The notes under the pieces: model-generated
The model's input: only the letters and a program-made list of their open reading frames with translations
Told to the model about the DNA's origin: nothing
The model's database searches: none
Made by a program: the position numbers and the translations under genes
Shown: positions 24,405-34,846 of the stretch, piece by piece
Position numbering within the stretch: the stretch's first letter is position 1
Layout: every line of letters starts with the position of its first letter
Source of the DNA: Octopus bimaculoides
Lineage: Eukaryota
Length of the DNA: 45,531 nt
Assembly (NCBI RefSeq): GCF_001194135.2
Contig: NC_069007.1
Coordinates: 11,176,240 to 11,221,770, forward strand
Direction: 5' to 3'

Positions 24405-25233
24405 CTGCAAAATTAAAGGAAAAGGAAAAATAAATTTGTTAATGTTTCCCTTTCTATTTCTAGCAAGTATAGCAACTCCGTAAATTTTCCTGCCACAGTG
24501 ATTATTTAGTAAATCTGATCGATGATCAACGCTAGAAACTATTTAAACATGGAGAATTTTGTTTGAGAGAGAGAAAAGGAGATAAAGAAAACAAAACCAA
24601 AAACAAAGCAGGAAGCAGTAATCGATTTGCAAATAATATGCTTTTAAAATTCTTGATTAAATTCTCATTTAGATAAAAATAAATGGAGAAAACACTTATT
24701 TTAAGTATAAAGCAGTTGTGAATCTCTCTTCTTTCATTATATGATAGCATGTTTGCACACAGCTAGACATTACACAGATACCAAAATATATTATAGCATG
24801 TTTACATACGACATAACAAACACAGATATAAAAATATGTGATAGCAGGTTCACATGCGACGTATGCAGATACTAAAATATAACATAACATATTCATGCAC
24901 ATCTAGACCTTCTCTGACACCAAAATGTATTATAAAATGATTACACACATGCAAATACAAAAAATGCTGTCGAGCTGATTGGAAGACATTTAAACTAAAT
25001 GAATGGGTACAGCAGTGCAGTGGCTATATGGTTAAATTAGTGCTAGGACATTTTATGTAACAACCATGTAGTATTTAATTAAAAATAACCATCTGCTGTG
25101 GCTCTGACAACATTACCTAAGTGATTAACATTAATTTATTTTGCTGAGTAAGGGAGACAACTTTTGACATGTTTTAGAATTATGAAACCTTGTCAGTGAA
25201 ACAGACTTCATTGTACTTAGCAAAGTTATTTAT

Positions 25234-25466
25234 CTTTTATCAGTTTCAGTCAATAGACTGCAACCATGCTGGAGCACTGCCTTGAAGAATTTTATGTCAA
25301 ATGAATTAACCTTGGTACATAATTTTGTTACACCTTGTATTTATTTTATCAAACTCTTTTGCTGCACTGCTGAGTTACAAGGATGTAAACATACCAACAC
25401 TGGTTATCCAGTGGTGGTGGTAGTGGGACAGACACAGACTCAAAGATACACACACATACACGACAG
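25234..25466 (-). mobile_element. SINE family A 3' half
   Basis: gtttcagtcaatagactgcaaccatgctggagcactgcc. Confidence 0.8.
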
Positions 25467-25477
25467 NNNNNNNNNNT

Positions 25478-25760
25478 GGTCTTGTTAGCTTTAACTACAG
25501 GACAAACCTGATTGAGCAAACTATGATCAGAGACATTCCTTCCATGACTGTCTTGTGTGTGACTCTATATCAAGGCCTACATTATCCAATGTGTTCTTCC
25601 TTTTTCTGAGTTTTGCAAAAGATTTGGTTACTATCTCTAGCTGGTCATTCTACTGTATAGATAGTGACTTATTGGTTCTAGGTGATCTTGTTTGACCCCA
25701 GGTTAACCCTGATTGAAGAGACTTATGATGAAGTGTATTCCAACCATGACTATCCATCCT
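25478..25760 (-). mobile_element. Family C repeat (near-complete copy plus a second tail)
   Basis: ctgattgagcaaactatgatcagagacattcc..ctacattatccaatgtg..gatttggttactatctctagc. Confidence 0.7.
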
Positions 25761-25992
25761 CATAGCGATCTAATACTATTTTCGCTTAATTTCAATTCCA
25801 TTCATTTACAAAATTATAACTTCCAACATTGGCAACTAGAGAATAAGGTATTTATTTTTTGTTGAGTAGGTCCCTCACGAATGGTTGATATGACATTAGA
25901 CTATTGCCAAGGACCTGTTGCGAGATTCTTATAACTGAAACAAGATAACAACAACAACACCAAAAGTAATAATAATAAATAATAATAATAAT

Positions 25993-26583
25993 AATTCTTT
26001 CTACTATAGGCACAAGGCCTGAAATTTGCGGGGAGGGGATTAGTCGATTACATCGACCCCAGTGCTCAACTGGTATGTATTTCTTTGACCCCGAAAGGAT
26101 GGAAAGCAAAATTGATCTCAGCTGAATTTGAACTTAGAATGTAAAGACGGATGAAATGTGCTGTTAAGCATTTTGCCCAGCATGCTAATGGTGCTGCCAG
26201 CTCACCACCTTAATAATAATAATAATGATAATCCTTTCTACTGTAAGCACGAGGCCTGGAATTTTGGTGGGAGGGTTAAGTCAATCACACTGACCCCAGT
26301 ACTTGACTGGTACTTAATTTATTGACCCACGAAAGAATGAAAGGCAAAGTTAACATCAGAGGAATTTGAACTCAGAACGTAGTGACAGGTGAAATACCTC
26401 TAAGCATTTTGTCCAGCATGCTAACGATTCTGCCAACTTGCCACTTTGATAATAATTATGATGATGATAATGATTTTAAATTTTGGCACAAGGCCGATAA
26501 TTCAGGAGAGTGGGTGAGTCGATTACATCTACCCCAGTACTCAACTGGTACTTATTTTATCAACCCTGAAAGGATGAAAGGCC
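25993..26583 (-). mobile_element. Three head-to-tail SINE family B copies separated by (AAT/GAT)n
   Basis: Copies at 25993-26211, 26230-26447 and 26472-26583, each with gaccccagta..actggta..gaaaggatgaaagg. Confidence 0.92.
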
Positions 26584-26699
26584 CACCCTAACCAGAACAG
26601 CTCATGTACTGAGGAAAATGTTGTCAAGCAATATCTTCTCTCTAGTGACCTCTGTTTTGAGCCAAGACAACAGGATGTAGAATAGGAAGCAAAATAATT

Positions 26700-27025
26700 G
26701 TTCCTAATGTAGGTACAAGCTCAACGATTTTTAAAGGTAGTGGGTTAGTTGATTGTGTTGATTCCTGTACCTGACTTGGTATTTTATTTTATGGACCACA
26801 ATGTACTTGAGGCAAAGTTGATCTTGGCAAGATTTGAATTCAGAACTGAAACAGCTGAAATAAATCCCACAAGCTATTTTGACTGATGCTGCAGTAACAC
26901 AAAAGACACCTTGAAATATTTGTTCCAGCTCTTCAAGTTTTGAATTCAGATCTTAACTGGCGTCAGCTTTTCCTTTCATTCTTCCGAGGGCCAGAGGACA
27001 AAAAGTAAAGTTGACTCAGCAAGAT
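26700..27025. mobile_element. Two old SINE family B fragments in opposite orientations
   Basis: ggcaaagttgatcttggcaagatttgaattcag (-) and agttttgaattcag..cttttcctttcattcttcc (+). Confidence 0.55.
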
Positions 27026-27159
27026 TTGGTCTCCAAACAGTTTGAAAGATGCTGATTTACAAAGTAACGATTTACAAAGACTGGGGCTATCAATCTCTTT
27101 CTGTTGTTACTGAACACCAAACCAAAGTTCTCACAGTTAGAATTACAATTGTTGTTTCC

Positions 27160-27345
27160 TCCCCAACCCTTGTCAGTGCCATCTGGCATCCTGAGTGCTG
27201 TGTCGTACAATTCTGTCTTATTTTGATGAGGATAGAGGCCCTTTCTTTGCTACAACACCAAGGCCCACAAGCCCCTAATGATGCCTCTCTTCTTATATCA
27301 TCTCCACTTTGCAATGACTTGTCATCACCTGACTTCCAATTAGTA
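27160..27345 (-). mobile_element. Old RTE RT-distal fragment
   Basis: aggtgatgacaagtca..aaagggcctct..agacagaattgtacgac translates KGLYPHQNKTELYDTA, resembling the recalled octopus RTE segment KGLSLRVKGRLYDAC. Confidence 0.5.
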
Positions 27346-27877
27346 TCACTGAAGAACAAAATTAAAAAAATATAGAAAATAAAATGTAAAATAATAAGAA
27401 TATACCATTACAAATTTTAATGTCTTTTCTTTAGCACTTTCACATTCTTTCTATCAAGATAAAGAACAAAAAATTTCTTAATGAAAAAAAATAACATGCA
27501 AAACCCAAACAGAAGAAATCAATAACAGAGAAAGGAAAAAATGTAATGTGTGTGTGTGCATGTGAGTGTATGTATGTATATATGGATATATGTGTATGTA
27601 TATGTATGCCTTATGTAAAATATATAAAATTAAGATTAAGGGAGAAAAAAACCTAAAGTATAGAATTAAAATATATTCTGTAATTGTTGAGGAATTCCAT
27701 AACCTAAAGAATAAGTCCAGAAAGGTTTGGTTTAAAAACCAAACCACCGTCAATCTTCAGTAATGTTTGGTTTGATGAGATTACGTACTCTCTGCTCATT
27801 AAAGAAATAATTAGACTGCACTGACAACTTAGTGAATGAAAGAGCATCTCTTTGTAATGATCTGATATAGTTTTAGA

Positions 27878-27984
27878 TTAGAGCAGAGGATCATAGATAT
27901 CCGTTTTATTTTCTTTGTGAAACGAGCACTGCAAACAGTCCATATTGTATGATAACATTCTGTTTAGCAGTTGTGCCATCGTAA
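27878..27984 (-). other. Candidate exon with 33-aa sORF or C-terminus (MAQLLNRMLSYNMDCLQCSFHKENKTDIYDPLL*)
   Basis: Acceptor ttttctattttaattccccAG| at 27985; ATG at 27979 in ACGATGG context; stop at 27880-27878. No homology recognised. Confidence 0.25.
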
Positions 27985-28129
27985 CTGGGAATTAAAATAG
28001 AAAATGTTTTACATGCCATGGAAACAGGATAGATTTTGGACAAAACAAAAAAAAGATGTGTTCAGATGACTTCTTTCTGTGGTAGGAATTTTAGTTCTCT
28101 AAAATAAAACGAGGAGCCTGCAGGGATTG

Positions 28130-28340
28130 TGATAATAGTGGTGATTGTGTTGATGATGATTGTAGTGATAGTATGATGAGGATGATAACGAGAAGAAAGA
28201 GAATGGTAATTGTAGGGGATTCAAAGTTAACGGTAGTGATGATGATTATGATGATGATGGTGACGATGATGATTATGATGATGATGGTGACGATGATGAT
28301 AATGATATTATTATTATCATTATCATTATTATTATCATTT
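28130..28340. repeat. Compound (GAT)/(ATT) trinucleotide repeat
   Basis: Directly visible. Confidence 0.9.
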
Positions 28341-28341
28341 C

Positions 28342-28463
28342 CACTTTACCTTTCATCCTTTCGGGGTTGATGAAATAAGTACCAGTTACGCAATGGGGTC
28401 GATGTACTCAATTAACCCCCTCCCCCAAAATTCCAGGCCTCGTGCCTTTAGAACAAAGGATTA
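28342..28463 (+). mobile_element. SINE family B, 5'-truncated
   Basis: ctttacctttcatcctttcggggttgatgaaataagtaccag. Confidence 0.88.
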
Positions 28464-28496
28464 TTACTATTATTGTTATTATTATTATTATTATTT

Positions 28497-28700
28497 GAAG
28501 GTGGTGAGCAGGCAGAATTGTTAGCATGCCCGGCAAACTGCTTAGTGGTATTTTGCCATTGGTATGTTCTGAGTTCAAATTCCGCCAAGGTCAACTTTAC
28601 CTTTCTCACTTTCGGGGTCGATTAATTAAGTACTGGGGTCGATGTAATCGACTATCCCTCTCCCCCAAATTTCAGGCCTTGTGCCTATAATAGAAAGGAT
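28497..28700 (+). mobile_element. SINE family B, full length with (ATT)n tail
   Basis: aaggtggtgagcaggcagaattgttagc..gagttcaaattcc. Confidence 0.92.
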
Positions 28701-28721
28701 TATTATTATTATTATTATTAT

Positions 28722-29161
28722 TCAATAGTCTTATTTTTATAACGTGCTTTCACTTCACTACCGAGCGCAGCTCTGTGTGCCTTGGGTATGTGCTGTGGTT
28801 TGCTGTGATGCTCTTATGGTTACTGTATTGAAAGTGTTTTGTGTAGGATGTGTGCTGTGCCCAGTAGTGCAATTTTCTGTATGTTATATATATTTGTAAG
28901 TCCCGGTGTTTTTGTTATGTATTTGTCTGAATATTTTTTTATTATACCTAAGGCACCTACTATGATAGGAATTGTTTCTGTTCTTAGATTCCACATTCGA
29001 GTTACCTCTATTCAGGTCTTTGTATTTTGAAAGTTTTTCCATTTCTTTTAGGGAAACGTTGTCATCTGCTGGTATTGATACATCAATTAGAAAGCATATT
29101 TTTTCTTCATGATCTTTTGCCTTAATTTCTCTATCTGTGTGTATTGGCATATCCCAGAGTT
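28722..29161 (-). mobile_element. R4/Dong-clade non-LTR retrotransposon 3' fragment (restriction-like endonuclease)
   Basis: LWDMPIHTDREIKA[NRPD segment deleted]KDHEEKICFLIDVSIPADDNVSLKEMEKLSKYKDL / IEVTRMWNLRTETIPIIVGALGII..IQKIALLGTAHILHKTLSIQ* (stop 28822-28820). (TAA)n on both flanks. Confidence 0.9.
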
Positions 29162-29184
29162 TTATTATTATTATTATTATTATT

Positions 29185-29420
29185 TCAGGGTTATTTGGCT
29201 TTTATTTCTAGCAAAATAAGCAATCATGCAGAGTTTTCCTAATGGGTTCCTTAATTAAGTAGCTCATATTCATCTTGTTGCTGTTGTTGTTTAGCCCTGG
29301 ATCTGACTTGATTAGGCAGACCTCTGCTCAATCATATTCCAGTTGTGACCATCCTTTCTGTTTCCATGATACAGAGAACCCGGGATCACATTACTTGACA
29401 TATCCTTTTCTAGGATGTTG
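29185..29420 (-). mobile_element. Family C fragments
   Basis: gttatttggcttttatttctagc; gttgtttagccctgg..gcagacct. Confidence 0.6.
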
Positions 29421-29479
29421 GAATGTGATTTGAGGAGTATTTGGTTGCTCTTTCTGGCAAGCTGAATGACTGTTGAGGT

Positions 29480-29770
29480 TTTTCTGTTGTTGTTGTTACT
29501 GTTGCTGCTGCCACTGCTGCTGTTGTTGTTGTTGTTGTTTTTAGTGGTAGAGATGGTGGTGGTGGTGGTCATGGTGGTTGTGGTTGTAGTGATGATGATG
29601 GTGATAATGGTTGATAAGTTGATAGTAATAATGTTGATGGTGATGTTGATAGTGATAAGGATGACAGGGATGATGGTGATGATGATGATGATAGTGTTGT
29701 TGCTGATAATAATGACAATTTTGGTGGTGGTGGTGGTGATGGTGATAATGACGTTGATGGGGATCATGAT
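29480..29770. repeat. Compound (GTT/GCT/GGT/GAT)n repeat
   Basis: Directly visible; yields poly-L/V/M/H/T pseudo-ORFs. Confidence 0.9.
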
Positions 29771-29857
29771 AAATATGGAAGAAATGAATGCTGGACACCA
29801 ATCTCTTATACAGACAATTCTGAACTCTTGGAGTTCATTTTCCTGTAAAAAAGAAAT

Positions 29858-30074
29858 AATTCTTTCTACTATAGGCACAAGGCTTGAAATTTGAGGGAAG
29901 GGAGTAAGTCAATTACATTGACCCCAGTGTGTAACTGGTACTTATTTAATCGACCCTGAAAGGAAGAAAGACAAAGTTGACCTCGGCAGAATTTGAACTT
30001 GGAATGTAAAGATGGATGAAATACTACTAAGCATTTTGCCCAGTGTGCTAACCGTTCTGCCAGCTCACCACCTT
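29858..30074 (-). mobile_element. SINE family B, full length
   Basis: gaccccagtgtgtaactggtacttatttaatcgaccctgaaagg..ctgccagctcaccacct. Confidence 0.92.
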
Positions 30075-30474
30075 CTGTAAAGAAGAAATAATGGACAATG
30101 ACAGCTAATCGCAGGATCCCTGACTTTCTTCAGTCCATCACATTTCACAATAGAAAAGATTAACTTTGATTGGATGTATCTTTGAAAAGATGAAATATAA
30201 AACCTGGACATTCATTTGAATCCCATGAATAAGACAATCTATGGAGCCTGATTGTGTTGAAGGAGCTTTGTGGAAAAAAAAACAAACTTACATTTCACAA
30301 GTTAATGAGGATGTAAGCAGATGCAATTAGATTTAATGCAATTAGATTTAACGAAGCAACTGGCCTTGCCATGGAAAAGGACCACTGACAGAAGTGGATC
30401 GGTCAATGTTGTATGTACTTTTGTGTGTGGACTTAATGTGTTTAGAGAAAGGAAAGAGGATGTCGAGCAAGATG

Positions 30475-30737
30475 CGGGTGGTGGTGGTGATGGTGATGAT
30501 GGCAATGATGATGATGATGATGATGATGATGATTACAGTGTGGTTGTAATAGATAGTTTAATGATTGGGGTGGGGTGGGGGTGATGGTGGTGATATTGGT
30601 GATGTATGATGATTGTAATGTATGGTGGTCTTGCTGCTGGTGATGATGAGGTTGTGGTGGGTGATTGCAATGACAATGATGGTGACAACGATGATGTTGG
30701 CTGTGGCAGTCATAGTGGTAGGAATGGTAATTTTACA

Positions 30738-30772
<35 letters not shown>

Positions 30773-30870
30773 CGATTGGAAAATCGAGGCGAAAGGTGCT
30801 GATAATGATGATGACATTGCTGATAACAACGACAATGATGACGACGATGATGGTGGTGGTGGTGTCTTAT
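30475..30870. repeat. Compound (GAT/GGT/GAC)n repeat
   Basis: Directly visible; poly-D/M pseudo-ORFs. Confidence 0.9.
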
Positions 30871-31637
30871 TTGTCACAGGGGCATCGGATGAGGGGAATA
30901 TTACAAGGACAATTTACAATTTGTTTTGGTGTTTTACATAAAAAATGAAGACAAGGAAGGGCGAGGTGAGGGAAATGAGATAAAACAATACATGCTGTAC
31001 AAAATATGTGAAGAGATCTGTGATGCAGTCCTCCTGATTCAGGAGAACCTTCAACTAGAGCTTGTCAAGGAACCTCATGGATCCAGGACCACCCTGCACC
31101 AACAAGGGTACAAACCCTCATCCAGCTGTTCTTCACCAATCTACAGGCACATGCTTAGAATAGGTCCATTTACTCTAACCATTTTTTGCTACTTGCCCAC
31201 CTTCCCACTGATTCACTGGGAGAGACAGCCCTTTCCTTGCTACCGTCAGGGGTTGACCAAAAGGGAATGTGTCTTTCCTGAAAACTTTCAACTTTGAACC
31301 CTACACATTTTCTGTTGTGTTGCCATAGCCACTAGATAGAGGAATGATGATGATGATAACGATGACTTTTATTAACCACAAAGGCAACAGGTGTTGGGGG
31401 GGGGGGTCAAGTTTCAAAAATATTTTTCAAAATCAATGGAAAGGTTTATGCAGGATTACAGATAAAAATTAGTCTGAAAAATAACTGTAGGAAAGGAGTG
31501 AAATGAGACATTCTAATGAGACAACCATCTAAGGCCAATCATTGAAACTTAAGGAATCTATGCTTACCCTGACTTCCAAATGGGATTGACCTCTTCTTAC
31601 TTAGTAGTGTAAAAAAAAAAATAAATGAGTAAAGCTA

Positions 31638-31792
31638 TCTTCTTGAGTCCTGCCGACTCATAAGGGTCAGTTTCATAGTGTGTATATTCCACACCTGGAT
31701 GGGATGCCAGTCTTTCGCTGGATTAACTCATTTTTACCAGCTGAGTGGACTGGAGTAATGTGAAATAAAGTGTCTTGGTCAAGAATGCAATG
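31638..31792 (-). mobile_element. SINE family E (caagacac core plus V-domain-like 3' part), 5'-truncated
   Basis: Reverse complement reads caagacactttatttcacattactccagtccactcagctgg..gactggcatcccatccagg..ccttatgagtcggcaggactcaagaaga. Confidence 0.7.
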
Positions 31793-31959
31793 TAAGAAAG
31801 GAGTAAGTTTGTACAGTGGGGACAAGTGTGGGCAGGATTCTCTAAAAATCCTACCACTGGTGTAAGGGTGAGAGTGTTCCATGAGGGGGAGAGAGTTATG
31901 ATAGCGATCTTCTAAATGGAAGTCCACATTTTTCTAGCAGTTGTTGTAAAGAGTTGTTG

Positions 31960-32335
31960 ATGTTTAGTTCTAGGTTGGACTTGACTGAGCAGACCTAGGC
32001 ACTCTAGCCATGACCACCCTATCTTTTGCTCAGACATTGCCTCTCTATTGCCTTATTATTTTTTTTTTTCCTGAGTCAGTACAGTGTGATTTTAAGTGGG
32101 GGATTTGGCTGCTATTTTTAGCATGTTGTATGACAACGTAACAGTTCCTTCGTTAGCTCAATGTCGTTGGTGTTTAGTCCTAGGTCAACTTGAACTTAGC
32201 AGACATTCATCTGTGACTATCCCTTTTACCACCTCAACATACATCCACCTTCCTTTTCGAGGCGATAAGGTGCATTATTTGAGAAATGAGATTTGGCTGT
32301 TATATCTAGCAAGTTGAATGATTGGAATGTGTAGA
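31960..32335 (-). mobile_element. Cluster of family C fragments
   Basis: gtttagttctaggttgg..gagcagacc; ggatttggctgctattttagc (twice). Confidence 0.65.
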
Positions 32336-32730
32336 GTATTTATCAATTGATTTGCAATGAAGCAGGTGGGGGATCTTCTAAAGTCAACTCCTACNNNNNN
32401 NNNNNNNNNNNNNNNNNNNNNNNNNNNNNNNNNNNNNNNNNNNNNNNNNNNNNNNNNNNNNNNNNNNNNNNNNNNNNNNNNNNNNNNNNNNNNNNNNNNN
32501 NNNNNNNNNNNNNNNNNNNNNNNNNNNNNNNNNNNNNNNNNNNNNNNNNNNNNNNNNNNNNNNNNNNNNNNNNNNNNNNNNNNNNNNNNNNNNNNNNNNN
32601 NNNNNNNNNNNNNNNNNNNNNNNNNNNNNNNNNNNNNNNNNNNNNNNNNNNNNNNNNNNNNNNNNNNNNNNNNNNNNNNNNNNNNNNNNNNNNNNNNNNN
32701 NNNNNNNNNNNNNNNNNNNNNNNNNNNNNN

Positions 32731-32745
32731 ACCACCACCACCACC

Positions 32746-32800
<55 letters not shown>

Positions 32801-32810
32801 TCACCACCAT
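32731..32810. repeat. (ACC)n-(ACT)n microsatellite
   Basis: Directly visible. Confidence 0.95.
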
Positions 32811-32834
32811 TATTGCTCAATATCCCTTCTCTCA

Positions 32835-33100
32835 AGGGCTAGGGTGGGAGCCTCTGTGTTGTCAGTCAACATGTTAGAAATAGCAACCAAATCCCCTTCC
32901 GAACCGCATCCTATCACCAAAAAAGGACAACTTACATAATATGGTTAAGTTCCCTACACAAAGGAAAAGATGGGATGGCCATATTTGGAATACTTCCAGT
33001 CATAGATCTGAGACCATCTTGTTATTTAGCCCTAGGTCAACCCATATTAAGCAAGCCAAATAATCAAAGGAGTTCCAGCCATGGTGATTCCAGTCTTTCT
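32835..33100. mobile_element. Family C: one copy on + (32835-33015) abutting a tail on - (33018-33100)
   Basis: gggagcctctgtgttgtcagtcaacatgttagaaatagcaaccaaatcc..gggatggcc..; then gttatttagccctaggtcaacc. Confidence 0.65.
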
Positions 33101-33117
33101 GTGTAACATCCTGTAAA

Positions 33118-33194
33118 GTCAAATGCCGAACCACTAAGTTACAGGGACATAAACACACTAACATCGGTTGTTAAACGATGGGGGGGGGGACAAA

Positions 33195-33235
<41 letters not shown>

Positions 33236-33398
33236 GATGAGCTTCTTTCAGTTTCCGTCTACCAAATCCACTTGCAAGGCTTTGGTTGGCCTGAGGCTAT
33301 AGTAGAAGACACTTGCCCAAGGTGCCATGCAGTGGGATTGAACATGGAACCATAAGGTTGGGAAACAAGCTTCTTACCACACAGTCACGCCTGCACCT
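33118..33398 (-). mobile_element. SINE family A (3' end truncated)
   Basis: ggcctgaggctatagtagaagacacttgcccaaggtgcc..ccacacagtcacgcctgcacct. Confidence 0.9.
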
Positions 33399-33561
33399 AT
33401 GTATGTCCAGACTATGAGTGGTTTAGTTCACTTGGGTAAATGCTATAGTTGATCAACCATTAGGTTCCAAGATCACAGCTAAGTCTGTACATATTCCTTA
33501 TATACTGTGAATTTTATTCCTTGTAAACTGTAAACTTTCCACATCTAAATATTCATACCTT

Positions 33562-33637
33562 GTCTCTGATGATGGAATACCCAGTGTATGGACATGCTAA
33601 CCAACCACTTGGGTTATCCCAGAAACGACTGTAAGAC
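33562..33637 (+). ncRNA. Type I hammerhead ribozyme with intact catalytic core (PLE-type), predicted cleavage after A33633
   Basis: GUCU-CUGAUGA-[UGGAAUACCCAGUG..CACUUGGGUUAUCCCA]-GAA-AC-GACU-GU-A|AGAC. Helix I is 4 bp, helix II about 13 bp with bulges, helix III is 2 bp, GUA triplet. Confidence 0.8.
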
Positions 33638-33744
33638 TTCAAATTCACCTTACCCTAATTAAATTATTCTAAATGACTTGAGATACTCGTTCTGTCTTGG
33701 TTTTGATTTTTCCTCTAATATAATCATCATCATCATAAACAAAT

Positions 33745-33970
33745 GTGTGTGTGTGTATGTGTGTGTGTGCTTGTGTGTTTATCCCCCACCACCGCTTGAC
33801 AACTGGTGTTCATGTGTTTATAGTTTGGTAAAGAGACTGATAGAATATGTACCAGGCTTACTGAAAAAGAAAAAAATAAGTTCTGGGGTTGATTCCTTTG
33901 ACTGAAAAATTCTTCAAGGCCCAGCATGGCCATAGTCTTATGACACAAACAAGAGATAAGAGATAAAAGA
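33745..33970 (+). mobile_element. SINE family A 3' half
   Basis: ccgcttgacaactggtg..gagactgatagaatatgtaccaggctta..cccagcatggcc. Confidence 0.85.
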
Positions 33971-34066
33971 TATACAATACAAGGTGATGTCCCCTTTTTA
34001 ATGATGCTTGGATAACATCAAGAATATTTGACTGCAGATTTTAGTTGTCTTGATGTTTGTTTAGAG

Positions 34067-34846
34067 CAGGAGTTCTCAACTATTTCTTATCTACAGGCCC
34101 CTTTGATTACCACTTTATCCTGGTGGGCCCCTATAACCATTCGATGTTTAAAAACTAGTTTTATAGAAACTTCTTTCCAAATTCCTATTTTGTTTTTCAC
34201 ACATTAACTTGTGTAGGTTGAATTGTGTAAAATGTTTCTTGCAATCTCTCTCTCTCTCTCTCGTGTCATGGCATATTCATACCGTTGACAGATCATGGCT
34301 TGTTTTTCCTTCATTTATTTCTGTCTCTCGCAACATCATCCAGGTTTTTCTTGCTCTGCACGTTCATTCTCTTCTTCATCCAGTCGAACATCTTCATTCT
34401 CTGCCTACCTCTTACTCTCCTTCCTACCAGCTCTCCGCTATGTAACACTCCATTCCATCATCCTCTCTGAGAAAATGACCAACAAATCCTCCACTGTCTC
34501 TCTCTGATAGTATCCATCTCTTGCATTACATAACCAATACACACATCTAAAACAAAATTTCTTCACTATTGTGGAGCCCCAATTTACTGTTTTGTTTTGT
34601 GGACCCCCAAAAATCTTATATGGATCCTGGTTGAGAACCACTGCCCTAAGCAGATGCTTATTTTGCTTAATGAAAACCCTGCTGTTACTTGCAATACATA
34701 CCAATACATACATTTAAGGCAAATTTTTTTTCAGGGACCCTTTAAACACCATTGTGGATCTCCAATTCATTATTTTCATGCATGGTCCCCCAAAAAACTT
34801 ATATTGACCCCTCAGGGGCCATATGTACCCTGGTTGAAAACCATTC
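34067..34846. mobile_element. hAT-type MITE composite (one left end, two right ends)
   Basis: Left TIR CAGGAGTTCTCAAC; right ends GTTGAGAACCACTG (34643) and GTTGAAAACCATTC (34846); outer TSD gtttagag/gtgtaggg. Confidence 0.75.
34246..34518 (-). mobile_element. RTE LINE 3' fragment with (GA)n tail, nested in the MITE
   Basis: LVGRRVRGRQRMKMFDWMKKRM..DDVARDRNK (Bov-B-like terminus); TSD tcttgcaat (34237-34245) / tcttgcatt (34519-34527). Confidence 0.85.

Noticed and set aside
27724-27745. 22-bp palindrome ggtttggtttaaaaaccaaacc
   Set aside because: Low complexity and short; expected occasionally in AT-rich DNA.
29312-29894. Poly-T/I/N/L/V/H ORFs (also poly-D at 30606-30948 and poly-S/K/R/F at 39547-40340)
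   Set aside because: Stop-free trinucleotide repeats open in several frames on both strands; no domain or splice evidence.
30292-30385. Minus-strand segment ending at GTAAGT, containing a 15-bp tandem duplication
   Set aside because: Stops in all frames and a weak acceptor.
30926-31297. 123-aa plus-strand ORF in unique-looking sequence
   Set aside because: Non-ATG start, no domain or splice support; may be an unrecognised old repeat.
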